60,657 nucleotides of DNA. It comes from a virus (Duplodnaviria > Caudoviricetes). Where the stretch lies: positions 1 through 60,657 of the IMG/VR virus record IMGVR_UViG_3300012201_000001; one strand, 5' to 3'. Made by a program: the position numbers and the translations under genes. This document shows, in pieces, positions 1 through 9,259 of the stretch; the stretch's first letter is position 1; every line of letters starts with the position of its first letter. A model generated the notes under the pieces. That model was not told the DNA's origin, did not search any database, and was given only the letters and a program-made list of their open reading frames with translations.

Positions 1-123
1 AGCGACCGCCGACAAACTGAGTCCCTAGCGCACGTGTCATCGGCCGATCCAATCTGGCTGGCGATCAAACTGGCGCGGGGAGTGCAGCACCTCAAAAGCA
101 TCAATGACGAGGTGACGAAGCTC
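1..123. repeat. Terminal direct repeat, copy 1 (circular assembly overlap)
   Basis: 1-123 is identical to 60535-60657. Confidence 0.95.
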
Positions 124-849
124 GTCGAAAGCGAGGAGTGCGGCATTATTCCTGATCTCCAGTCTGAGCCTGGCTATCTCGTCATAAAGGCATATATGCG
201 CAGCGCGCCGTCGCCACTCTGCAGCATCCACGTCGGAGAGGCCCTGTATCAAATGCGATCGACTCTCGACCATCTCGTCTGCCACTTGACGGAAAGCAAC
301 GGCCAAGTCGTTGAAAACAAAACTGAGTTCCCGATTTTCCTGAAACGAGAGGACTTCCGAGACGACTCGGGCAATCTCACTCGCGCCATCCGCGCCCGTA
401 TCGGCGGCATCCTCCCAGAACATCAAGCACTCATTGAGAGGGAGCAAGCGTTTCAGGGAAAGTACGGTGCGGCCGAAGATGACCCTTTGTGGTGGCTCTA
501 CGAATTGTCGAACTTCGACAGGCACCACTTTCCACATCTCGTCGGACATGCGACGCTCGATGCCCATGCCGACATCACCCCGCAATGGTTTGCCGACAGG
601 TACTTCACTTTGCAGAGCACCAATTTCGGCGCGTTCGAAGGAGAGACAGAAGTCGCCCGCTACCGGATCGACCCCGCCGCCAACGACGTTACCCCGATAG
701 TGCGCGTGCAGGTGAATAGCCATGTTTCCTTCGGCATAGCGTTTGGCAACGAAGGGCCAGGTGCCGGCAGGCCAGTCGTGAGCACGCTCAAGGCGATCGG
801 CGATCGAGTAAGCAGACTTGCCGCCGGATTCTTCGTCAAGGGTTCGTAA
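34..849 (+). CDS. Accessory hypothetical protein, possibly HEPN-like
   Basis: 271 aa, opposite strand to neighbours, visibly lower GC; motifs 'YQMRSTLDHLV' and 'LYELSNFDRHH'. Confidence 0.7.
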   Translation: MSSADPIWLAIKLARGVQHLKSINDEVTKLVESEECGIIPDLQSEPGYLVIKAYMRSAPSPLCSIHVGEALYQMRSTLDHLVCHLTESNGQVVENKTEFPIFLKREDFRDDSGNLTRAIRARIGGILPEHQALIEREQAFQGKYGAAEDDPLWWLYELSNFDRHHFPHLVGHATLDAHADITPQWFADRYFTLQSTNFGAFEGETEVARYRIDPAANDVTPIVRVQVNSHVSFGIAFGNEGPGAGRPVVSTLKAIGDRVSRLAAGFFVKGS

Positions 850-970
850 TTGCCACGCCAGCCTTTCAAGGCGCGAGGGCCGAGTCATTCCCAGCCCTCA
901 GCGACCTTGCCAAGTGTGGCAAGTATATCGTTGCCCTATCAGGCGTCGGAGCTGGCCGACGCTCACGCTT

Positions 971-1537
971 TCATCGCCATCCCGCGCCTCTGCTCTTTGC
1001 TCCTGTGTGAATTTGGACGAGTTGACGGGCGAGCGATTCGACCTCTCGCTTGACGTAGGCGACGGGTCGATAGTTGCGCGGGTCTTCGAGGGGCTTTAAC
1101 TCCGGCGGCAGGCTGTTCATCTCGGCTGCGAAGCCGGGCGCGAAGTCGCGGAAGTGATGGCAGTCGAAGCCCAGCCAATACAGGCGCTCATCGACATCGA
1201 CCAAGACTTTCCTGACGAAGACGTCGTCGCTGTTGATGTGGCCCGCGAAGGTGACGCCGCCGTGGACATCGATATCCTCGAAGGCGTGGTGGAAAACGTC
1301 CTTGCCAGTGAGCGGGTGATCCGGCGGCAGGGCGACATAGCCATTGAGGTGACCCCGGCGGGGATGCCGGATGAAGCAGCCGAGAAGGTCCGCGTGAGTT
1401 ATCCAGGCCCCGCCGTCCGGTTCATGCTGCCATGGGCCTTCGCCCCAAGATGACTTATCGATCACCAGTCGCGGCCTCACGCCGTCCCCTCTCGATGCGC
1501 GCCTCGTCCGCCAGGCGCTTGCCGATGGCGCACCCAT
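971..1537 (-). CDS. Conserved phage hypothetical protein
   Basis: 'WGEGPWQHEPD', 'GHLNGYVALPPDHP', 'VHGGVTF', 'WLGFDCHH' motifs; true start probably the GTG near 1480. Confidence 0.75.
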   Translation of the reverse strand: MGAPSASAWRTRRASRGDGVRPRLVIDKSSWGEGPWQHEPDGGAWITHADLLGCFIRHPRRGHLNGYVALPPDHPLTGKDVFHHAFEDIDVHGGVTFAGHINSDDVFVRKVLVDVDERLYWLGFDCHHFRDFAPGFAAEMNSLPPELKPLEDPRNYRPVAYVKREVESLARQLVQIHTGAKSRGAGWR

Positions 1538-2640
1538 CGCCGTGCCCTAGCCAGAGCCAGTCGTGCGGCCAGCATTCCCGGCCAGCGCCGCCAGTGGGCC
1601 CAGAAGTCGCTCCGCGGCGCCTCCTCAGGCGCGAGGTCGCCGTAGAGCAGCCCGTCTCCCATCAGAGTTGCTCGCAGCTCGTGACCAGCCCGGGCGGGAT
1701 CGTCGCCACGCCGTCCTCGGTCCAGACCCTGATCGCGCCGTCCGCGCCCTCGCGCAGGACCCCGGCGCGCTCCCTGCCGTCGCCCAGCGTCACCCGCACG
1801 GTCCGGTCTCGGAACAGGCGCAGCGTGCGGCGCCAGTAAGCCGCCTGCGGGCCGTCGCTCACGTGGCCGCGTCCCGCACCAGCTTGCGCAGCGCCATGAC
1901 CTCGTCCTCGCTGATCCAGCCCTCGGCGGCCCACCTGCCGAACAGGTCCCCACCGTGCTGGGAGAGCGCCTTGCCGAGCGCCTGCCCGGCGACGAACCTC
2001 TCGTCGAGCAGGCGGTCGACCAGGTGGGCCGCTCGCGCTCCCACCTCGCGCAGGATCTCAGCCTGGCTCGGCCTCCGCGCCCGCCCATCCTCATCGATGA
2101 TCACGAGCTCGGCCCCTGCCCCGGTCGCTCGGCCGCGAACGTCGCCGCCCGCAGCGCGGACGCCAGGCTGCGCACCGCCCCGTCCTCCTCCCGCGCCGCG
2201 GCGGTGTACAACGCCGCCACGCGCAGCCGGAGCGAGTTGGGAACGCGGCGCCAGCAGCGCGGGCAGATCAGCCGCGGCACGCCGCGCTCGCTCACGCCCA
2301 GCTCCTGGCCGCAACCGTTGACCGGGCACGCGCGCTCAGTCACCCCTTCCCCTCCACGGCGGCAAGCGCGTACTGCTCCTCCAGTTTGGTGACCTCGGAG
2401 CGCAACCATTGCGCTGCCTCGAAAGCGCCAATCGCATCTAAAGCGCAAGCACTAGTCTCAACCAGCGCCTTGAACGCTTCGGCGCGCTCGACTTCACGGC
2501 GGAGCGTTTCTTGCGAATAGACCGTCACGGGGCCGGGCGACCGTTCACGAATCCGCCCTGCTGATAGAGAACCCAGCCGAGCGATTCGATCCAGCGATAG
2601 ACGACCATGCTCCCGTCTGCGTCGCAAGCGATCTTGAGAA

Positions 2641-3108
2641 TCACTTCTTCTCCTCCACGGCGGCAAGGGCGCTAACAACCTCGACGATGATGGCGTGGGC
2701 ATCAAGTGGCTGCTTGGGCTCGGCAAACCACGGCCCATCGCGATGACTTTCAGAAACCAGTTGCAGCAGTTGAGGGACCGCGTCCCGCACCCGCTCCAGC
2801 TGGACGATACGTTTCCTGGCAAGCTCCAGCTCGGCTTGGATAGGCTGAAACTGAACGTGCCATTTGGCCGCGATCTCACCTGCGGCTGTTTCAAGCATGT
2901 GATCGCGCTCAACCTCTGCTTCCCGTAGGCGCTGGATGACGGCGTCGATGACCTTAGTGTCCATCGAAAAGGCAAGCGACCCGAAGTTCTGGGCTTTCGC
3001 GTCGGCGACCACGCGCTCCAGCGCGTCGAGGTCGAGATCAGTCACGGTAGTGGCCGACCTGCGGGCTCTCGATTGTTCGGTCTGCTGACCACACGTGTCC
3101 GTTAGCAC
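2641..3108 (-). CDS. Hypothetical coiled-coil protein
   Basis: Helical composition; start probably near 3045. Confidence 0.5.
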   Translation of the reverse strand: MLTDTCGQQTEQSRARRSATTVTDLDLDALERVVADAKAQNFGSLAFSMDTKVIDAVIQRLREAEVERDHMLETAAGEIAAKWHVQFQPIQAELELARKRIVQLERVRDAVPQLLQLVSESHRDGPWFAEPKQPLDAHAIIVEVVSALAAVEEKK

Positions 3109-3474
3109 AGACCAGGACGGCGAACAGAACCTGGCTCAGCGTCGGCAGGTTCTCGCCGAGCGGGCGAGAGGCCATCTCTTCTCCTGTTTCACCACACTGC
3201 GGACAGGTCATCTGTCTCACCCCCCTTGACCCAGCCGCAGTTCCTGCTACCGGCTCCCGAAGCAGTTCGTCCCACCAGGGCCAGCTCAGCCCGCCAGGCG
3301 GCAGCTTGGCCCGCTCCCTCTCCACCAGGGCCCGCATCATGCGCGCCGTCAGCGGGTCCGCCTCGGTCGACAGCTCGTCCAGCAGCGCCTGGATCCGCGC
3401 CCGCGCCTTGATCAGCCTCGAGCGCTGACGCGGCGCGAGCCAGTAGCCGAGGTCACGCTCCCTGCGGCTTGGCA

Positions 3475-4035
3475 TCAGGGTCCCTCCGGATGGCGCGCGG
3501 TCGGGTCGGCCATGCGCGCGAGCTGCTCGTTTGATGCCTTTCGCGCGGCCGCACGTATGCCGCCAACACTGACGGCCCACTCCTCAGGCGTCAGATCGTG
3601 CTTACTGAGATTGCAGTGTTGACAGGCTGGGACCAGGTTCGACGGGGCGTCCGAACCTCCGCGAGTCTTCGGGATGACATGATCGGTCGCGGTCGCTGGG
3701 TCTCCGCAGTAGGTGCAGGTCCCGATGACTCTGGGATTGAGCCTCCGTCGGCGCTGCGCGTCGCGCTCCCGCGCGTCGCCGTATCGGAGCCGAGCAGCCT
3801 CGCTCATCTTGGCCCGTGTCTCTGGGGACCGTTTCTGACCGAGCGGGCCACGGTTGCCGATTTTGGAAGCTGCGATGCGGGCCCTCGTCTGGGCCGAGAG
3901 AACCCGTCCTGCCATCCGAGCTCGACTAGCCGTCCCAATCTTCGCCCGGGTCTCTGCCGAGACAAGGCGGGTTCGATTGCGCAGCGCGATAGCGATCTTT
4001 TGCTCCGGCGTGCAATGGCCTCCCTTAGCTGGCAT
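3475..4035 (-). CDS. HNH homing endonuclease with NUMOD3-like repeats
   Basis: Repeated 'S(A/P)ETRAK(I/M)' units, then 'CTYCG...DHVIPKTRGGSDAPSNLVPACQHCNLSK'. Confidence 0.88.
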   Translation of the reverse strand: MPAKGGHCTPEQKIAIALRNRTRLVSAETRAKIGTASRARMAGRVLSAQTRARIAASKIGNRGPLGQKRSPETRAKMSEAARLRYGDARERDAQRRRRLNPRVIGTCTYCGDPATATDHVIPKTRGGSDAPSNLVPACQHCNLSKHDLTPEEWAVSVGGIRAAARKASNEQLARMADPTARHPEGP

Positions 4036-4219
4036 TGGCCGGTCCCTGCCTGTACTCGGCGAGTCTCCGGGCATTGCCTTTCTTCGTGCGGCAAATAGTG
4101 CAGTCGGCGTCCGTCGCGTGCGACCTCGGGTCGTAGCAGTAGCACCAGCCGTGCGAGCATCCCGCCCGATGACCCGTTCGCCCTGGAGCTGAGGTAGTAT
4201 GCGTGCGCTTGGCGCTCAT
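4025..4219 (-). CDS. Small Cys/His-rich hypothetical protein
   Basis: 64 aa, several Cys/His pairs, GGAGG upstream. Confidence 0.5.
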   Translation of the reverse strand: MSAKRTHTTSAPGRTGHRAGCSHGWCYCYDPRSHATDADCTICRTKKGNARRLAEYRQGPANAS

Positions 4220-4278
4220 TTACCTCGCCTCCACGCGGGCGCGGATGTGCGCGCGGCAAGGCGGAATCGTCGGCTGGT

Positions 4279-4701
4279 TCACTCGTCCGCCTTCGGGCAG
4301 GCCGGATCGCCCGGCTCGCCGTTGACGAAGCAGGACTCGACCGGGCTCGTCGCGTGACACCACCCGCACATGACGCCGGGCTCCTGCGCATCCCGTAGGA
4401 TCTCCCGGAGCAAGGCGCGGTGACCAGCCAGCGCTCCCTCGCGCGTGCAGAACCTCTCGACCCGCTCTACGCGCCCCTCCCGACCCCGCTTGCAGAAGAC
4501 TACCGTCTCCCAGAGCAGCGGGACGCCGCCGTCATGGGGGTTGAAGTCGAGGCCGAGGAACACGGTCGAGACGGTCAGGTCACCGAAGCGGTCGAGAGCG
4601 AGCTGTCGATGCGCGGTTTCGTACCAGCGTGCCCACGTCAAGAGATCCTCCTCCAGGCGCGGGTTGCCCTCCTCGTCGAGAACGTACTTGCCCGTGCCCA
4701 T
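4279..4701 (-). CDS. Conserved phage hypothetical protein
   Basis: 'VSTVFLGLD...WETVVF' motif. Confidence 0.7.
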   Translation of the reverse strand: MGTGKYVLDEEGNPRLEEDLLTWARWYETAHRQLALDRFGDLTVSTVFLGLDFNPHDGGVPLLWETVVFCKRGREGRVERVERFCTREGALAGHRALLREILRDAQEPGVMCGWCHATSPVESCFVNGEPGDPACPKADE

Positions 4702-4929
4702 CAGCTCACTTCGGCCCGAAGGGCGTCCACGTCGCTCACCTGTTCCGCCACGCTGCCGCCTGCGGGCAGGTCGCGAAGTGAGGCTGGTATCGAGGCACGA
4801 CCACCGGCGCCGTGCCCGGCGCGAAGCCGGGGAAGTCACCGTCGGTCCTGATGCTCACCAGCGCGGCCCGCTCGAACTTGCTGAGAACGTGATACGTGCC
4901 GGCCTGCTCGTCGATGGTGATCGTCCCCC

Positions 4930-5127
4930 TCATGGCGTCACCCTCGCCGCCTCGTCGAAGAGCTTCTCCGCGTCCGGGTCCGGCTCGGCCAGGTAGTGAC
5001 ATCGGACGGCGTTCTCGCTCAGCGCGTGGGCCAGCGCCAGCTTCCCCGCCAGCCGCGCCGTCTCCGCAGCTCGCTCCCACGCCTCCGCCGCGGCGACCAT
5101 CTCCAGCCTGAACTCCGCGTACGTCAT
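4930..5127 (-). CDS. Hypothetical protein
   Basis: 65 aa, overlap-coupled to neighbours. Confidence 0.5.
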   Translation of the reverse strand: MTYAEFRLEMVAAAEAWERAAETARLAGKLALAHALSENAVRCHYLAEPDPDAEKLFDEAARVTP

Positions 5128-5669
5128 GGCGTCGCCCTCCCCAGCCCGCGCAGCGCCAGCGCGTGGATCAGCTCGCCGTCGACCGGCCCGTCATGGTTCG
5201 GCTCCGTCAGCCTGGCGATGTTCTCCAGGGCCGCGCGCTGCTCCTCATGCCTGGTCGTCTTCGACCGCAGACCTCCGGGGGCTGGATCAGCGAACGTCGG
5301 CTCCGGCTCGTGCTCGTCCGCGCGCAGGACGCAGATCCGCTCGATGCCGTCCTCGTCCTCGGAGACGTGGCCGCACAGGCGCAGCTCGGCGAACTCCGGC
5401 AGGAACACCATCTCGTGGCGCGGAGGCGCGGCGTACGCATGGTCGGCCCCGGTCGTCTTCGACGCGACGCGCCTAGCGCTCATCGCGCTGATCCTCCACC
5501 GGAAGCGCGATCTCGTGGCCCCAAACGTGGTCGCACTCGGGGTAGCGGAAGCCGACGCTGACGCGGGCAAGGCCGTCGAGCGCTCCGCCCACCGCCACGC
5601 CCTGACGGACGTGGGCTCGGTTCGGGACTTCCCTCTTGCAGCTCGGACAGGTCACGCGGTCGCGCGGCA

Positions 5670-5942
5670 TCACCATTCCTGGTACCAGTCCCACTTCGAG
5701 CGCGGGTTGTACGTGCTCAGCGCGTAGAGGCCGTGCTCGTCGACCCCGCCCTCGTGCCCATGCCAGTCCCCCATCTTGGCCGCCAGCTGGTGCAGGTCGC
5801 TCGTCCCGTAATGCTTCGCCATCTCCTCCAGGTCCTCGCCCTCCTCGTACTCTGGGTGGGGCTCGACCTCCGTGTTCTCGTCGTAGGGCTCTAGCTGCTT
5901 CTCCGGGTCCGGCCCCAGGACCCACACCAGGAAGTGACTCAT
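5670..5942 (-). CDS. Conserved phage hypothetical protein (short form)
   Basis: 'MSHFLVWVLG...LEPYDEN...TYNPRSKWDWY'. Confidence 0.7.
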   Translation of the reverse strand: MSHFLVWVLGPDPEKQLEPYDENTEVEPHPEYEEGEDLEEMAKHYGTSDLHQLAAKMGDWHGHEGGVDEHGLYALSTYNPRSKWDWYQEW

Positions 5943-6205
5943 CGCAGCACCGCCAGCTCGCGCAGCGGCTCCAGGTATTGCTCCGCCGCCCCGACCAGCG
6001 AGTAGGTCACGGCCACGGGCGGGCCCGCGTCGACGTCGCGCCGCAGCAGCCCCGCCCGCTCCAGGTCGCGCAGCCGCTCGGAGAGGACGCGGTCGCTAAC
6101 GCCCTCGACGTGGGCCAGCAGCCAGTTGAACCGCCTGCCCTCACCGTCGAGCGCGAGCAGGATCTCCGGGGCCCAGCGCCTGCTGAGCAGCTCCAGGCCG
6201 GTCAT
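5939..6205 (-). CDS. HxlR-family winged-helix transcription regulator
   Basis: 'LLSRRWAPEILLAL...RRFNWL...GVSDRVLSERLRDLERAGLLRR...PPVAVTYSL'. Confidence 0.85.
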   Translation of the reverse strand: MTGLELLSRRWAPEILLALDGEGRRFNWLLAHVEGVSDRVLSERLRDLERAGLLRRDVDAGPPVAVTYSLVGAAEQYLEPLRELAVLR

Positions 6206-6402
6206 CCCCGCTGCACGGCCTCGTCGACCGTGACGGCGGCGTACGAGCTCGGGTTCTGTCGACGGATCGTTTCGAGGACCCGCATCGCGTCCTCCGGGCT
6301 GTCGAACTCGAACCGGCCGATCTCCTGATCCTCCTTCTCCCCCTTCCGAGCGACGATGACCTGGTTGCCTACGACCGTGTAGAGGAAGGTGAACTTGGGC
6401 AT
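6202..6402 (-). CDS. Hypothetical protein
   Basis: 66 aa, strong RBS AGGAGGAG. Confidence 0.65.
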   Translation of the reverse strand: MPKFTFLYTVVGNQVIVARKGEKEDQEIGRFEFDSPEDAMRVLETIRRQNPSSYAAVTVDEAVQRG

Positions 6403-6441
6403 TCTCAGCTCCTCCTGCCGTGGTTAGTAGCGGGCCGAAGG

Positions 6442-6471
6442 ATAGTAACCCCACGGGCCCGCGGTGGTCCA
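6442..6471 (-). promoter_or_regulatory. Candidate sigma70-like promoter
   Basis: Minus strand TGGACC-N18-TACTAT upstream of the gene starting at 6402. Confidence 0.35.
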
Positions 6472-6483
6472 CACCCCTTCCCT

Positions 6484-7242
6484 TTACTTCAGCGCGACCC
6501 ATGCTGAGAAATTCATCCATCGCCAGAACACGTCGACCTCGCGAAAGCCCGCGTCGCGCAGCATGCGCTCGTTCATCGACGGCGGGACCGGGACCTGCAC
6601 GCCCTCCAGCGCCAGCCGCTTGCGGTCGATCTCCTCGCGCGTGTAGCCGTTGGCCGCCTTCATCGCGTGGTAGGTCTCGACCTGGAGCGCCTCCAGCGTC
6701 GCCCCCTCGCCGAGCACCTTCTCCACCAGGACCAGCGCCCCGTCCGGGAGCAAGGCGTCGTAGCACTTGCGGAGGATCCGCTGCCGGTAGTTGATCGGCG
6801 TGAACATCAGCGTCAGCACCGCCTGGACCAGTGACGCCTTGGCGTACGGGAAGTCGGTCCGCAGGTCCGCCTCGTGGAGCTGGATCACGCCCTGGCGGAT
6901 CCAGTCCGCGTAGCGCTCTTGGAATGCCAGCACCATCGGCTCCGAGGTCTCCACGCAGACGTAGCGCACGGTCGCCCCGAAGCGCTTGAGCAGCGGCACG
7001 ATGGCCTCCCCGCGCGAGGTCCCGAGGTCGACCACGTCCGTCCCCGGCTTGACGAACCAGGCCCCGACGTCGAACACCGCCCGGCGCATGACCTCGTACT
7101 GGGGGACGCTCCTCTCCAACATTTCGTCGAAGACATCGGTGACCGCGGCGTTGAATTCCCAGCTCGAGCCCATCGTCTCGTGGATGCCGACGTCGCGCCG
7201 CTCGTCCGGGTCCCTCGCGCGTTCTCCCTGCATGGGGTTCAT
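6484..7242 (-). CDS. cmoA: CmoA-like carboxy-S-adenosylmethionine synthase
   Basis: 'WEF...VFDEMLERSVPQY', 'DLGTSRG', 'LTLMF', 'RKRLALEGV', 'WRWMNF' parallel the CmoA signature motifs. Confidence 0.85.
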   Translation of the reverse strand: MNPMQGERARDPDERRDVGIHETMGSSWEFNAAVTDVFDEMLERSVPQYEVMRRAVFDVGAWFVKPGTDVVDLGTSRGEAIVPLLKRFGATVRYVCVETSEPMVLAFQERYADWIRQGVIQLHEADLRTDFPYAKASLVQAVLTLMFTPINYRQRILRKCYDALLPDGALVLVEKVLGEGATLEALQVETYHAMKAANGYTREEIDRKRLALEGVQVPVPPSMNERMLRDAGFREVDVFWRWMNFSAWVALK

Positions 7243-7384
7243 CCTCGCCCTGATCGTGCTTCTGATCGCGCTCGGGACGGCCCTCGGCCTGATCTCGGGC
7301 GCTCACCTGCTGTGGTGGATGATCGCGCTGCTGGCGCTCGCGGTCCTGGTCGGCGGCTGGGCCGCGTTTCCCTGGCGTCGCTGA
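7232..7384 (+). CDS. Small membrane protein (about 2 TM helices), antisense to the cluster
   Basis: MGFILALIVLLIALGTALGLISGAHLLWWMIALLALAVLVGGWAAFPWRR; nearly all third codon positions are G/C. Confidence 0.55.
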   Translation: MGFILALIVLLIALGTALGLISGAHLLWWMIALLALAVLVGGWAAFPWRR

Positions 7385-7820
7385 GCGCCTCGCGCAGGAA
7401 CCTCTTCGCTCGCCGCACGTTCGCGGCGTCGTTCCACCAGCGGTTGACTCCGGAGGGATGCGGCAGGACCGCGTAGAGCTTGCGCGGCCGATGGCTGAAG
7501 TACCAACAGCACGGCTCCAGCTCGCGCGCGACCGACGCGCCCAGCATCCGCTCGGCGACGCCGCGGCCGACGAAGACGATCATCGCGGAGGCGGCGATCA
7601 GGGACAGGACGCCGTCGTCGATCAGGCGCGGGAACCGGTCGCCCTTCCCGTTCTTGCCAGGCCAGCGGTCGCTCAGGTTAATCCGCAGGGCGCGGGCCCC
7701 GAACGCCTCCTCCGACAAGCCTGAGAGCTCCAGGAGCCTCCGCCCGGACCGGCCGGCCGGGGACAGGGCCGAGGCTGGGTCCGACGTCCTGGAGGGCGCC
7801 TGGCCGACCAGCAGGATCAC
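7239..7820 (-). CDS. Uracil-DNA glycosylase superfamily protein
   Basis: 'LLVGQAP', 'SGRRL', 'LPHPSGVNRWW' UDG-fold motifs. Confidence 0.75.
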   Translation of the reverse strand: MILLVGQAPSRTSDPASALSPAGRSGRRLLELSGLSEEAFGARALRINLSDRWPGKNGKGDRFPRLIDDGVLSLIAASAMIVFVGRGVAERMLGASVARELEPCCWYFSHRPRKLYAVLPHPSGVNRWWNDAANVRRAKRFLREALSDARETRPSRRPGPRAPAARSSTTAGERPRSGRGPSRARSEARSGRG

Positions 7821-9259
7821 CGCCCCACTTTCCCCTTGGCCTGGTCCAGGACCTGGCGCACGGAGTCCGCGATCGCCCGCGCCATTGGCGGCGGGACCGC
7901 GCGCCCCAGCCGCTCCCAGCGCTGCGAGTACGTGCCCGTGAGCACGAAGTCGTCCGGGAACCCGCACAGCCGCCGCAGCTCCTCCAGCGTGAACTTGCGC
8001 GCCTGCGTCGGGTGCGCCACGCCCGCGACGCCGCGCCGGTTGTTCTCGGCCACGATGGTCGGCACCGGCTCGCGCTCGTCCGGCCGCACCAGGTTGAAGT
8101 AGCGGTCTGACGACTCCCCGGGCTGGAGGCGGCGGTAGAAGGGCGCCAGCGCGTGGCCCTCCATCGTGATCCGGTAGCCGGTCTCCGGGTCCGTCTCCAG
8201 CACGGCGAAGCGCTGGGCTTGCTTGCCGTCGCCTCCCCCCGCCGCCGCCAGGACCGTCGGCAAGGGTTCGTCGAGGTCCACCCGCATGCGCGGTGACCCC
8301 GACCAGGGCCTGGTTACGATCTGCGCGTCAGTGATCTCGTACTCCTGCATCTGCGCGCCCTGGGCGGCTATAGCCGGGCTTGGCTTGTCGAGGGCGACCG
8401 GAGCGCGTTTCAAACGCGCTCCGCCCCGATAGTTGATGGCAGCAGGGCGGACGCGGTAACGGCTGGCTGAACCGCCGCTGACCCGAATGGTGCCGATTGG
8501 CTCCGTCTCTAGACCGAACGCGGTTCTTCCCTCGTACGCCATGGTGTCTTTGATGACGCCGCCCAGGTGGGGCAGCGCGTCGCGGATCGAGTAGCGGTAA
8601 GGTAGCGGCGTCGGGAACGCCGGCTCGAGGCCGAGGTCCTCCCGTACGCCGATCAGGATCACCCGCCGCCGCGCCTGCGGGACGCCGAGCCACTGCGCGT
8701 CCAGCAGCTTGGCCCGGACCACGTAGCCCTGCGCCGCCAGCTGGGCGTGGATCTCCTTGAAGTAGCCCCTCGCCACCCCGCGCAGGAGCCCGCTCACGTT
8801 CTCCGCCACGAACACCTTGGGCCGGAGCTCCCCGACCAGGCGCGCGAACTCCGTGAACAGGTCGTCCGTCCTCTGGCGGACGTCCGAGTACTTCCGGACC
8901 TCTCCCCAATGCTTCGCCCGGCTCCCGCTCATGCTGAACGAGGCGCACGGCGGTGACCCCTCCAGGACGTCGATCTCCTGGCCCTTGCCCAGCCCGCGCA
9001 CCTCGGCGAGGGCGCGCACGCTCGCGCTCGTCACCTCGCGCACGTCGCGCGGGTCCGGCTCCCAGCCCTGGTTGGCGGCGAACGTCTCCCGCGCCGCGGG
9101 CACGAACTCGGACGCGTACACGGTCCGGAACCCGGCCCAGCGGAAGCCGAGGCAGGAGCCGCCCGCGCCCGTGAAGGTGGAGACCACGTTGTAGCCGTTC
9201 CACGGCACCGCGCGCAGCTCCTCCATCGAGGGGATCCGGTACGGGGGCTTCTCGCTCAT
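7817..9259 (-). CDS. C5-cytosine DNA methyltransferase-like enzyme, predicted carboxymethyltransferase
   Basis: Motif I FTGAGG, IV GSPPC, VI ENV, VIII QARRR, IX RLCGFP; motif X is GRAV instead of GNAV. Confidence 0.9.
   Translation of the reverse strand: MSEKPPYRIPSMEELRAVPWNGYNVVSTFTGAGGSCLGFRWAGFRTVYASEFVPAARETFAANQGWEPDPRDVREVTSASVRALAEVRGLGKGQEIDVLEGSPPCASFSMSGSRAKHWGEVRKYSDVRQRTDDLFTEFARLVGELRPKVFVAENVSGLLRGVARGYFKEIHAQLAAQGYVVRAKLLDAQWLGVPQARRRVILIGVREDLGLEPAFPTPLPYRYSIRDALPHLGGVIKDTMAYEGRTAFGLETEPIGTIRVSGGSASRYRVRPAAINYRGGARLKRAPVALDKPSPAIAAQGAQMQEYEITDAQIVTRPWSGSPRMRVDLDEPLPTVLAAAGGGDGKQAQRFAVLETDPETGYRITMEGHALAPFYRRLQPGESSDRYFNLVRPDEREPVPTIVAENNRRGVAGVAHPTQARKFTLEELRRLCGFPDDFVLTGTYSQRWERLGRAVPPPMARAIADSVRQVLDQAKGKVGR

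Noticed and set aside
1-123. Terminal repeat as a biological DTR or att site
   Set aside because: It runs into a coding region and is the size of an assembler overlap; the HNH-terS-terL layout suggests cos-type packaging instead.
3475-4219. Duplicated/recoded gene end around the NUMOD3-HNH gene
   Set aside because: Similarity between CTICRTKKGNARR and CWRHTCGRAKGIKR is too weak to support.
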